From Blasia pusilla (taxonomy: Eukaryota): a DNA stretch of 64,000 nt. The DNA is taken from the NCBI GenBank assembly GCA_050084515.1, contig CM114271.1:33542001-33606000 (forward strand). Direction: 5' to 3'. The position numbers were made by a program, and so were the translations under genes. Of the stretch, positions 1-13,200 are shown in pieces. A model generated the notes under the pieces. That model did no database searches. It was not told the origin of the DNA and saw only the letters and a list, made by a program, of their open reading frames with translations. Position 1 is the first letter of the stretch, and each line of letters opens with the position of its first letter.

Positions 1-3000
1 AATGGTGAAGAGGTCTCACCAACATGGGAAGAGACACCCGCCATGGCCTGTCTCTTCGTGGGACTATCCGCTACTGGAACATCCTCCGCATGTGCGTTCC
101 CCTCCAACAACTTACTTGGTTAGCTAACACTACCTGTGAAAGCTACCAACGTAGTCACAGACTCGTCTCGTGATCGACCACTTCATCCCGCAAATGGCAT
201 GGGTAATTGACTCATTCACCCGTCACCTGATTGCAACCATGGCCGATAAGCAAAAGTCTCCTCCCAGAAGTCAAGTATGAATCCTAGGGGATATAATACT
301 AGATTCCCCACCAACACATCGTACGACTCAACTACTATTATGATCGCACGTGTGCGTACCATAGCACTATCCATCGCATGCTCTGGCTGAACTATCACAA
401 CCATCTCCTCTCGAGTCATACACTGCGTGGGTGACTTGCCCCCAATTGAGGTCTGTATCTAGAAGGGACAAGGCTCAATGTCGGCCTTCCGTAACCCCAA
501 CGCTAAACACGCCGTCTTCCCTAACATCAAGGGCTGCGCTTCCAAATCAAGTAGGACGCACTGCGGGTTGTATACTATCCCCATCGGACTAACCAAGCGA
601 AATACTCCAGCTCGGTTATCCAGCAACACTACGCCATGTGTCACCATTGCTCTCTCTATAGCTAGTTGAGCTGGCATACCTGCCAACTTCTCCGCTGCCG
701 CATGCCATGACTCTGTGGGGGACGTCCCGAGCACCTGCTTCGAGAGAAAGTCCACCACCTCCTCAACTAACTCTGAACAAGAGGCTTTCACCTCTCCACG
801 CTCACACAACGTGGCAGCTAGCCGAAACACCTCACCTGGTCCAACTCCCAACGTCGCCAACTCTATGGCGGAAATAGCGAAGTCTGGCTCACTCTGGTGG
901 CCACCTCCAACACTATGGTCGACACTAACTCCACTCGAACCGGCATAGGAGTTATCACTCCAACTCTTTGTGACGTTGACGTACCTGCCTTAGGTACTGC
1001 TGGTCGTCAAGGCACCATCAATGGTGTGTGTAGTGCCTCCGACAATGTGAATGATTGTGCAACCCTGGCCTGCCACCCAATCGGTCCCCTCCGATGGGTC
1101 AATCTCAACTCCACCTCTCGAAGGCTAAGTGCCTCTCGTAGCACCCTGAGTCACCACTACTGCCGCCTCAACGTGAGCTGCACTACACATACACCCCATA
1201 CAAGCGAGGTCCTCACCCGGGTTAGGGTAAGAGGTAGAAGCTAGAGCCACACTAGTTGCTCACGGCTCCGTGCCTTCCCGAAATTGCATCATCGTCATGA
1301 TAGCAATCCTCTTCTCCAACTCATCGATGCGTGAGAGAAGTGCCAAATTGGTGCTCCTACCCTGCTCCATCTCCTCTGGCTGGTGGTGGTCCTCTACCAC
1401 CACGTCCATGAATAACTCCCTGACCTCCTCCAAGACAACCGCCCCCTGGCCCTCGCCCTACCTTTGCACGTGCCTCTCGACAAAGTTCAAAACATCTATC
1501 CCTAGTGTGACCATATCTATGGCAATAGTCACACAAGTACTGTGGTGGGGCCATCCTCTGTGGCTCCTGAGCAATCGGAGGCGTTGGTGGTCCTCTCCCA
1601 TGTTGTGTGCAGTCTCTCTGCCTATGGGCCCCTCCACACGTCCAACAAGATAACATCGGTCCCTACTGGGCAACATATGTAGGTACGGGTCGTTGCCTCA
1701 TAGGCTCATGGTGACCCCCCTGCTCTCTCACCACACTGGCCCGCTCCCGTGGTACATGTGCTCGTTGGGGCACTTGTGGGATCACCGTCGCTCGTGGACC
1801 CGTCAACTCTCAAGAAAATCCAGCCGTCACTACGTGCTCCTGAATCATGTTGAGTTTAATATGCTCAGACAACTCAAAGACCACCTTCACTGTGGGCTTC
1901 GTTGTGTGAATCACTACCGAATCTCAAACTCTCCTCGGTAGTTCTCGATCTAGAATCCGTACCAATACTGGACTGAGCGCGCCTCAATCACTCCATACGT
2001 AGCAATGATCAGCCTCCTCATGCGCATGAATGCCTCTCTCAAACTCTCACCCGATCGTCCTTGAAAATCCTGTAGCTTGTCGATGCGTACGCCTTGGTAG
2101 CTCTTCCCTAATTGTCGGAAGAACTCCAGTGTGGGACTGAAACAGGGTGGCCCTCTACCACATGAGGTCTTTGCCACATCGCCTGTCTCACTGCCCTCCT
2201 CTCCATCTAGTCTACGGGCTAATGGTGTGGGTCTATGTCCTCTCACAATCCCATCATATGCCTCGCGACCACTAGTGCATACATACCCTGGAGCCCAATA
2301 CATCCTCTTGGCATTGATCTCTACAAAATACAACGATCAAAACTCCATGTAGTCATCCATCGGAGGACCCTCCAAGTGCTGGAACAAGCCATTCCATGCC
2401 ATGAAAGGGTTGAACCATGTCGGTGTTTGTATCTCCTGGAAGTCGCACCACATGTCGACCTCTTAGATAAATTCATCTAAGTCGATGGTACCCACTGCAC
2501 CTAAGAAACGACGCATGCCCCAATGGCCCATGTCGTCCATCTCCTGCCAAGTGACACTGCCTCTGTCTATGATCTCGTCACCAGACCCGATGTCTAGTGA
2601 TGACGATCCAGCCACCGATGGATGTCGAGGTAGCTCCTCACTCATAACCCCTTGGTATCTCACTCCACTCCGTGTCACACCACTACTACTGCTCGCACTA
2701 CCCTGTTCTTCCAAACCCTATAAGAACGCCGTGATGACAACCCTGTCTCACCCGCTCAAGCACTCAGACTCACCGAGAGTCTCCCACACTCCTCACTAGC
2801 TCACCGACGCTAATGGTAATCCCGTGACGACACACCCGGCCTCATGCACAGTCAACACTCGGGCTCACCATGAGCCTGCCAACTAACTCACCTAACCCAC
2901 TGAGAAACCTAGTTGCCCTTGCAACCCTAACCCCTAGCGGCTACAAGCTCTCACCGTCTTCTTTCTATGCTCCCGCTGTGCGCCATTTTCTCGAGGCTCC

Positions 3001-3693
3001 AACACTCTGTGCTGCACCGGAGCGCTCTTGCGTGACCCCCACTCTGTTGTTGTCCCTCGTCAACTTGCACCAGAAAAAATTTGAGAAAAACGGACAACGC
3101 TTCCACCCACGGCCTTCCGAACAGAGAAATGACCAACGCCCGCAACACACACCTCTCCAGGGGCTCCTGACTAAGGCAACTCACTTGCCTACCTGCAAAC
3201 AATGAATTCCCACCAGCCCCTTGACATCTTTCTCATGTAAAAATAAATAGTTGTAGAAATGGCACACCCGGCCTAAAATTCCACTCCTCAATTTACATCG
3301 GCATATCGAGCCTTGTCCACCCTGCACTATCAAGGAATCCGGACCCAAGCACCCTGGTCCTATCTCACACACATACAAGAGAGGTGCTCCAACAACCCAC
3401 CATAAGTAAGATGGCTTGGGAAAGCCATCTTCCTCCCTTATATAGGGTTGGGAAGAGCCCTTCCCCTAAAAATAGCTATCCTCTTGGTAACCTGCACGCA
3501 CGGGTTATCAGGGGCGGGTGACATGCTCAACAAGTCACCCGGCTGTGAAAGACCCCAACACAAAAGTTGTTAGAAACGATGTTGTTGACACTACGGACCT
3601 ATCCTCAACTTCATCCGACACCGTGGGATAGTCCGCTGGTTCCTATGCCCTATCCAGGATAGATCTCGGCCTATTGGCTACTCAAATATGACA
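1..3693 (-). mobile_element. Decayed LTR retrotransposon (Ty3/gypsy-like gag-protease region; continues beyond the left edge)
   Basis: Fragmented minus-strand ORFs: gag N-terminus (VTRSG, RRFLGAVGTIDLDEFI), zinc knuckles CWTCGGAHRQRDC and CDYCHRYGHTRDRC (1357-1656), aspartic protease remnant VLLDLEAQPLMLG ... YDVLVG (216-860). Right end ...AGATCTC..GCTA..AAATATGACA (TGTCA on the - strand) resembles the end of the second element; minus-strand TATATAA near 3440. Many stops and frameshifts. No RT visible, so the superfamily is inferred. Confidence 0.82.
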
Positions 3694-4776
3694 CATTCTC
3701 CCTCTTGTAGTATTTGTTTTGTCATAATAATCATCTTATGAATGTTGCTTGAATAGTAAGTGCAAATCACTACAAACTCTCTATCCTCATCATCATATTG
3801 GATAAATTCCAATCTAAATATGAACATGCCTAAATTTCTATGTTTCGAGTGGATGACCTTTGATTATCAAAAAAGTAATACACTTTGTAGTTGCACTAAA
3901 TTTCTTAATATACCATAATATAAGTTAAATGATCTCATAGATGCAAAAATTCAAATTAAATACTTTAGGCAAAAAATATGGTTCGTCTTGGTTTGATGAT
4001 TATCTAATTACTCTCCGTTTGATCTTAATATCATTGTACTTATTATGATTATAGAAGAACCTCCACTTATGTGAACAAAACTTTAGGTTATGTAACCTCA
4101 ACTCTTTTTAACTTTGGAACTTCAATAGTTGGTTCCAAAGTCTCCACCATTGATCTCATGACTATGATGATCTTTGATGACATATGCCTTAGATGTTATT
4201 TTGAAACCTTCTACTTCCCTACTAGGGAACTTCTATTCATCTTGAGCTTGCTTGATTAGTGGCAGTGCACGAATGCTCAACATAAAATTTATTTTGCATA
4301 CAAAGTAGTGCTTGATGCCGCATATCAATGAGCTAATAGTCCATCAAGTGAGTGGAGCTACACCTAGGATCTCACTCTCATCATGGGAAGCTTATGTTCC
4401 ATCAAACATTCCATCACTTCGGTCGAAAGTGGTCCCTACTATACTAGTGAGGCACCCTCAAACAGAGGGTGCACCTCATTTTGAGTTGCACGCTATTAGA
4501 TTTTGGGGAACACGGCTATATACGACTAGCCATATTCATTTAGAGCCTAAATGGATAACCAGAAACATCTGAGATAAGAAGTTACCTCACCATATCGTGT
4601 AAGGCATATACGCAAGAGACCTACAATAGAGAGGAATACGTGGATTGACCATACCCCTACCTATTGATAGAAATTTTGGAAAAGTATAAAGGCAGAGTTA
4701 CATAATGTAGATAGGATGTCGTATGATGTAATGTGAACAAAAATACTCACTTCACAGTTGATCATCATCATGGAGT

Positions 4777-5087
4777 CAAGGTTGCATGCTAACAAAGTCT
4801 ATGTTTGTGGACTTACGTACATCTTATGGAAGGACTTATCCATATAGGCCCCACCTTCCCCTGCTTTCTCATTCCCCTCATTTTCCTTCATGTTTCATAC
4901 TCTCGTGTTGCTTCCTCTCTCCACCTCCACTCCCTTCCCCATTATTGCCACACTCACCCTTGCCCTGCCTTCCATCATGAACTATAATTGTGGGTCTCAA
5001 CTCTTCAAATCTGATTTGTAGACATGTCCAAACTTTTCCGTCCATGTCTATTCTATGGACAAAGTTGTCCATATTTTTGCAACCATG
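4777..5087 (+). mobile_element. hAT-type MITE, full-length copy A (311 bp)
   Basis: TIRs CAAGGTTGCA / TGCAACCATG; 8-bp TSD CATGGAGT / CATTGAGT; pyrimidine-rich core shared with four other copies. Confidence 0.85.
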
Positions 5088-5844
5088 CATTGAGTGCATA
5101 GTGATAGTTGTATTTAAGCTTATGGAAAAAACATTTGTGGGTGTTGTGGAGCAAGAGGTAGGCGAAATGGCAATGTTGACACCCCAAGAACTATAGCATC
5201 ACAACTTGTATGATCATCTCGATGTAAGGTTTGGCACTCAATGACGATCTTACATAAAAGAGAGTAGATTGATAATGAGTCAAGAGGTTGCAAAAATCTC
5301 CAATGATTTTTACCTCATTTACATAGGAGTAGACAGTATCTGCTCAACATTCTCCGAGCGGTTAGATATCTAACTTATTAGGTTGAGGATAAATCCTTGA
5401 GTAGGTGGAAAATCTAAGTGTGTATGTTTCCCCCATTTAAGAGCTCATTTTAGGGTATTTGTAAAAATTAACTATTTTTTTAAGTTCTCTACTTTTGGCA
5501 TAGTTGAATTCCCAATAAGGAAGATGCCTCTCGACCTGCTATAGATAGTTAGAACTTGAGCCTACAGGGATAACATGAGTGCACATTTCACCAAGGAGAG
5601 GGATTGGAAGAGATTATGCCTCAAGGTCAAAAAGGAGCCCAAAGTGATGGACAATGTATGTCATAAGAAGAAGATGCGTAAGGAAGTGTTTTCAAATTAT
5701 GACACACTCGCGATCTTCATACGTTAGTGAATCCTTCCTTTGAACCTTTGTAATTCTAATTTCTAGGTAAGTGATGTTTAGGGAACTAAGACTAACTTGT
5801 TTGTTTTGGAAGCATCATATGCCACATTTGTATGGGAAGGATAG

Positions 5845-7382
5845 GATTGAGATGTCATCCGTCTATACATTGAACTGATTTTTTCTATGAGAGAACATTT
5901 CTAATTTTTTCATGGAATCATCTTAGCTTTGAGAATCCCTTAAAAAATTCAATTACAAAAGAAATTTTCAAGTATTGTTTGAGCCCTTACAACTACACAA
6001 TCGTAATGAACTATAATTTTGGGAATATTTGAAAATTTAAATTCTTTGAACATCACTCAAAATTTTGCAAGTTAGGGACTTATGACATCCTCAAATATTA
6101 GTGTTTTTGACTTGCAATTTTTTTTGTATATAGTTGGCGAGTAATTTAAGACTATTTGGTATCTCTTACAAGTGTAGAAAATGGCCTTTCTGACAGTTAA
6201 TTAATTTGCAACTCTCAAAACTTGCAAAGTAGGCCCATTTCTATTAGTGAACGCTTTTCTCCACATGTCCACCATTTTCATTTTGTATCAATAAGTTTTG
6301 GTCATCCTATGTGAATTGTTGCGAGTCAAGCCTTATTTGTTCGATATAGGGATGAAAGGCACACATTCTTTAATTTTTGATTGAAAAATCTCATGTGTGA
6401 GTAGTTTCGTGCTCCAATTTCCACTTGCAAGCAGTTTGGTTATTTTCCAGTCCAATGTGATTAAATTCTACTTTGCAACTCTTCCAAAATTTGCGAGTCG
6501 ATTTGAGTGAGTTTTGAGTCTCGCAAGAAGTGAAAGACTTCCTAGCACCTCGCATTGAGGTTCCAAGTGTGCCTCACAAAATGCAAGTACTCCATCACAT
6601 TTGCAACATCCAATAGACATAATTAACTTGCAAAACTCTCACAATGCAAGAGTCTATGTGCTCTAAGACGTCACTTGCACAGCACTTGCAAATAACAAAA
6701 CCTTGGCCATGAATTCCCTTCTTGCTTCCAACCCGCTCCATTTTCACTTATCCTCCCAAGTTTCAAGGACTCCCTTTCTAAAACTAGTTTCTTTAAATAG
6801 TAGAGCCAAGCCTTCATAATTTTGTGTTAGAATCTTTTAATGTTCAAATATATGTGGATGAGTGAACTTCACAATATTCTTTTTTTTTTCCAAAATTCTT
6901 ATTTCTAAACTATAACAAATGAAAAAAAAGGCATCCCCAAGAAGAAATTGCAGGAACCAAACCTTCCCACCACCAACCTTGAAAAAAAAAATAGATTCAA
7001 TTTATTCCAAACCGAATGAAAAATAGGTAGGAAACAACTACTTTGCAAAAAAACACCATTTTCTGAATCCCATGTGAGTCTTTTTTTAGTCAAAAAACCA
7101 CCACTACTTGGACTCACTACTTTGCAATTTCTTTTTGATTCTTTCCAAATATTTTAAGACTTGTTTGGGGGATTTTTGCAAGTAAGTTGTGAGTCATTGT
7201 TTTGCAACTACTCAGACTTGCAAAGCTAGAGCTGCAAAGAAATCAAAAAGCTACCAATAAAATTTGAGTTTTTGACAACCACCTTGTGAGCCTTTTGTGA
7301 TTTAATTCAAATTAAAATGCAAGTGTTAGAAAACAAAAATTCTTATGTTTGCAAATCATTGCAAGTGTAGGACGTCTCAATC
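5845..7382. mobile_element. Probable non-autonomous DNA transposon remnant rich in TTGCAA/TTGCGAG/CTCGCAA motifs
   Basis: Dense (C/T)TTGC(A/G)A motifs on both strands; 12-bp inverted ends GATTGAGATGTC / GACGTCTCAATC (11/12); related fragment at about 19880-20190; no convincing TSD. Confidence 0.4.
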
Positions 7383-8463
7383 TCCACAATAGATCATTCT
7401 AAATTAAAAGTGGGATAAGAAATAAATAAAATTTCAGGATTTTTTTAAATATTTAATTTCAAATCCCAATTTAATTTATTTTCTTGAAAAAAATCATCAC
7501 TCTTATTACTTTTTAAATAGGAATATGATTTCTTTCCATGTCATACCTTTTCAACTTGAATTTAAATAATCCTGTAGCATCAATATTCTATTGGCATTAA
7601 ACTTATGATTTTTTTGTAGGATCTATTTAAATTTTATTCTTTCATTTGTTCTATACTTTGATATTATAGAATTTTCTTATTGTCTCTTTCAAAATTTGAG
7701 GCTTTCCATGGAAAAGATAGAAAATAATCCTGAATTGAGCCATATTTTATATTCTTGAAAATGTGAGGTGTACAAGTCCCCAAATATTAATAAATTATTT
7801 TTTAATTTTCCTTGAATGTTTCCTATATTTTTTCTTCATAGAAAAAGAGGCATAGTGGTTGCCTAATAAATGAAAAAATGACATCAAGATAGAGACTCGA
7901 ATATAATAGCAAATTTTTGGCTTTCAATTATAATCAGATCAATTCAACACAATTATTTAGTTAGCCTCAATTCATTGCATATATGTATTATTTATGAATA
8001 AAATAGGTATTTTAAAACCAATTTAAGACATATGGTCATAGAGAAATATCAAAATCCCATGACCTCTGATTGCAACATCCCTCTTCAACAAGAACCATAG
8101 TAGTATCCAACTACTTTGAGTGAGTGTTTAATACATACAAACCATGGATAAACACTACTAGGGTACATAGAATGGGCTTTAAATATTTTATTGTTAAAAA
8201 TCCACTCTTCTTCAATCATTGATATCAAACATTATGTTAAGATTCTAATACAAAAAGTTCTTATGTTGGATTTTTCATTATTTCATCCCTGACATTCCAA
8301 CTCTATGGACTTTCCTAAAGGTTTCAGAGGATGTGCATGACCTTGTGAATGTAGTAAGATAGAAGCATGAATCTTTTCTTCTTGTGAAAAACATCTTCCT
8401 AGATTACCATATAACATAATATCCTATCCCCTTATGATCTTTCATATTATCTTCTTGCAAGCT

Positions 8464-8790
8464 CAAGTTTGCGGATGGACAAAATTTGTGTCCATGGACA
8501 TATCCATATCCGTAGACTTATGTCCGTCTTAGAGAAGGACTTGTCCGTGTGGGCCGCATCTCCCCCTTCTTTCTCATTCACTCCACTTGCCTTCACGATC
8601 TGCACTTTCTCATTTCTATGTTCTCCCATCTCCATTCCCTCCCTCCTTATTTCTGTGCCCGCCCTTGCCCAGCCTTCCACCATAAACCATAAGTCTGGCC
8701 CTACCTTTTGCAATCCATGTTCGTGGACATGTCCAAACGTTTACTCCCATATCCATCCTAGGGACGGACTTGTCTGTTTTTAGGACCTTA
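8464..8790 (+). mobile_element. hAT-type MITE copy B (degenerate ends)
   Basis: Core homologous to copy A (GACTTATGTCC...GAAGGACTTGTCC...GCCCTTGCCCAGCCTTCCACCATAAAC); left end CAAGTTTGCG; no TSD retained. Confidence 0.75.
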
Positions 8791-9576
8791 AAGACGTAGA
8801 AATATAGGTTATTTCATTCTAGAAAAAGTTTACTTCTTGTAAAGTCATTTTGGGCATAAATTATTTTCTTTTCCTTTTCATACCTATCATCCCCTCTTTG
8901 TGGACTATTTATAGATTCGACTTTCAACGATACTATGCATATATGAGCTTATGATAATATAGTGGCATGATGATGTATAATTGGTTTCTCCCTCTATTAA
9001 CATACTTCCTCTATTAATATTTCTTAATTTACACCTATTGCACCTTGATAATATGCCAAGTGCTTGCAAAAAAATTTAATATAATATATAGGGAAATTTT
9101 AATATAATATTTAGGGATATTCCTTACTTGTTGGATTCTCTAATTTTCAACCCTCGACATATCTCCGAAATGTGTTAAAATAAACTTGCATTTACATGTG
9201 TGTTGATGTCTTCAAAATGATTTTCTTTTTTCTTCCTCTTACATCTTAATTGTACACTCCTTGAAGCTCAATTGTGAAAGCAAAACAAGTATGTTTGAAA
9301 TCCTAACCTCCACATATTACCACCTTTTATAATTTTTGGCACTGATCCTTTTTAAGGTTGTAGTGCCATTTATACATTTCAAAACTTGATTCAATCTCAC
9401 CAAATGATTCACATATTGATTGATAATATTCCGTATACGTGATAATTCTCCCCATTATAGGTACAAGTAAGAAGGTCCATGCAATGAACATTTTTTAACT
9501 CATAAAAATAAATTGGACATGTGTTACCGAAACATGTGTCACCCTAGAGGAATCACTCCTCTGTTAATACTATACA

Positions 9577-10268
9577 CTAGTAAGGTGTACGTGCTATGCA
9601 CAAGAAATAAATAAAAAAGTGGATGTAGCATGTGAAACATTTATTTTGGTTGTAGCATGTGTTATATTTTTTCTTGTCGCCCAATTGCTACGTGTCAAAC
9701 AGAATGGTGTTTCAAATCAAGAAGGCGCTCTCCAATAATAATATAGATTTTAAAGTGTTTATAAATAGTTTGAAAAGTCCCCAGACGTAAGGACTTGATG
9801 CGTGCAATGTGCACATAAAGAAGATTTTGTACTAAAAAAACTTGATAATTGCAATGGCAAGGATTAAAAGTTGAATCCATAAAAAAGATTAACAAGACTT
9901 TGTGCTACTATGGCAATCATAAGAACCCAAAAATTAAACCCTCACACAATGCGAGGTATGTCTACAAACTTTTGATATAACAATATTCATAACGACCATG
10001 ACCTCTCTACTTGCAAGGAAATTTCCTGAAGTATTATTAAGTCCTTCTAGACTTCAAAAATGTAATCAAGTAATCTTCACCATTTTTAGGTGTAAACGAG
10101 TAAGTACTTCATAGGGCTAGTATAGTCCAAAAAAAATATACAAACATAGAAAAACAATTTCCAAAATAAAATTGATTACGAGAAGAAAATGAAATCGTCT
10201 CCCATTCCTTTAGGAGAATTTATGATGTTTTTTAGAAGATCTCGTGCAAAGCACGGGTTGTACACTAG
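9577..10268. mobile_element. Helitron-type 3' termini on opposite strands
   Basis: + strand: hairpin CTCGTGC-AAA-GCACGGG (10241-10257), 7 nt, then CTAG|T (10265-10269). - strand: hairpin TGTGC-ATA-GCACG, 9 nt, then CTAG|T ending at 9577. Confidence 0.6.
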
Positions 10269-13200
10269 TTTATCATTAATTGTATGTATTTTTAATATCA
10301 GATGAACATTAAGATATTAGACAAACGCCATTCTTCCTAGGTTTCTAGCTAAAACACATGTGTTTGGATGTTTATCTAGATATAGATTAGAAATAAGATA
10401 TATCAATAATATTATCATAGCTTGAAGTTGAATGTAAAAAGACATACCAATGAAAACATGGGTTCTAATGGAATAATCCCTCCTTCGAATAAAGAAAACT
10501 CTCCAAAATTTATCAAAATAAGTATAAACTTAAACAAAGAAGTCTAAATCTTGCATAAACCCTTCACACAAAAGAGTATATTTTAAATTATGAAAAAATT
10601 ATTTCTCTCCTAAATCCATTTTTTCTTACAAATTACAGATTTATAAGGAAAATATTTCTAAAAACATGATTTGATTATTATTTTAAAATAATTTTATGAA
10701 ATGTTTAACTAAGATCCAATAATTTAAATTAATATCATATAAAATTTTAAATTATGGAATGAATTATGAGTTATATTTGTCATGATCTAAACAATATTAT
10801 TTTTGGTGCCCAATATTTCTTCTTATTATTCAAAGCTTTTATTTAGAAAGGGAGAAATTGGAACATCTTCCACTATGGCAAGTACTGAAAAAATAAGATA
10901 GAAAGTTTAAATAAGGTGATGTCTTCCACTAGTAATGGGTTAATAATCCTTTATCATCAATAATATTGGTTTTAGAAATAAGTGAACCATCAACCTGAAA
11001 ATTCAAAGCTGATAATTATCTTTAGATCTTCATTATCCGAGTACTTATTAGCCATATGATTACCTACTCACATATGATGATGCGATTTCCTTTTTCCAAA
11101 AGGTTTTATCCTAATGGATTGAGCAAGATTCGTAATACGATAAATCATAATTTTCATTTGTTTTATCATAAACACGATTGCATACTAAACGTATAGGGTA
11201 TTTTCTTAAAATTTCTGGTAGATAATTTCTTTGATATTTACTTCAAGTATTATTTTATTAGGTTGGAAAAAAATTCAATTCATTCCCGTGTAATTTGAAA
11301 AAAAAATTACATATTGAAGGAAAATAATCTTAAGAATGAATTTTTCAAGGAGGAATGGATGAAATTTAGCTTCCATGAAAGAATAATATTAATATATTTA
11401 TTTTCCAAAAGGTCCAAAATATCTAGGGATTGGAAAGTAGAAAGAATATGTAAAATTAAAAATATATTACCAAAAATGAAATTAAGATATAATAATCATA
11501 TTCTTTAATTCAGATTTATCTTACACGTATTTATTACACTTGGGAAATATTATTTTCTTAAGAATGAATGGATTTTCCTTAGATGAAACCTAGATTGCAC
11601 ATGACCAAAGAAAGAATGAAGTAATGACCTCATATATTATCTCAACTTATTGTAATTTGCTTATTCCAGCAATTCCATGAGATAAAAAAACTTCCTTGAA
11701 ACCTTTTTTTTTCTAGCTGCACATTATTTTCTGCTTTGTTCAAATTTATGGACAGTGTTTTTTGAAAAAGAAAGCTTTGTATGGGAAATGACATCCACAA
11801 GTTAAGGAGTTTATTGGGGTTTCTTTACACACATGTTTTCACACAAATAAACTATTGATGTTGTCCCATAGGATGAGGTTTAGCTTGGTGCATGTAGTTT
11901 GTCTTATAGCACTACAAGACAAAGATAGAGCAAACAAAAGAATGAGAATTTCAAGAAAAATTCAAGATTATTTATACAAGAGTCAAAAACTTTACACCTA
12001 ATATACATTTTGCTTCTACATACAACTTCTATAACCTTCCCCACATTTTTACTACACCGACATATGGCACAATAATTTTCAATTTAGTTCCTTTATTTTA
12101 GGGATAAATAGAAATAATATACCTATTTTAAGAGAATAATTTTCAATAATTATACTAACTCAAGAAAGTGATTTATTCTTCATAAAATAAAAACTTGTAT
12201 AACTCTCTTGTAAGAAATCTCCTCTTTCATATTGAAAAATATCCCTATTTGATGCATCCTCCCATAACCCTAGTCAATGATTGTATGGAACTCTTAAATT
12301 GGAAATCAGATTTGCGCAATAGTTCTTCTTGACGTAGTATCCATATTTGAATTTTTTTCGAATGCTTATTATCAGTTTATTGGAATGAAAACCATAGTAA
12401 GATCTCTCAAACTTGCATAAAACGCTTGATGCACAATCAAGATGAAAATCTTGTAATGCTTGTGAATATGCTATAATTTTTGTAAAATACGTCCCTATTA
12501 TTATTGACTTTTAGACTTGACTTAATATGTCTATGGGGAGCTTAGTGATGTAGCAATTTTGAGGATATCCACATTCTTTGATATACTCATGAAAGAGAAT
12601 AAAAAACTACTCATATTATGATAAGAGAGGCAAGAATATTTGTATATTGCTTGGATTATAGGATGTAGAGTTGTGCAAGAGAAATTATGCCTTTGTTAAA
12701 TTTAAAAAAAAAATTGAGTTTGATATAATTTTATCTCTGTATGAAAAACACATACATGATTAACTTTACTCCTAAAAATTTGAGTTTGATATGTAGTGGT
12801 CCCAAGATCCTACATATTCAAACTTTTTCTATTGAAATACCTATGCTGAAAGTTTCGTGGAGGATGTAGCAAGTAGAATGAAGGAGTAAAGTTATGTAAT
12901 AAGATATCCAATGGATGGATTTTCTTTCTTGAATTTGAAATTTTTCATCGAAAATGGCACGGATTGTAGAGAGTTGACTAATGGAGGGAGCACCGCACCT
13001 CTTGATCTTAGCACTAAAAAGGGGATATGATTGACTATCTTTGTTTGGAGGGACCAACTAGAAAGGGAGGGGGGTTGAATCTTGTGTATATCGTCTATGT
13101 TATGTTAGTAAATTTGTGTATGTGTGACAACGATATATGTTGTGTAGCAATGTGCATGCCCACGACAAATATCACAACATTTTGTAGCGTAGTAAGAAGA

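Noticed and set aside
13041..13085. TG...GGAGGGGGGTTGAAT, resembling a copia LTR start
   Set aside because: No matching LTR end, TSD or PBS found
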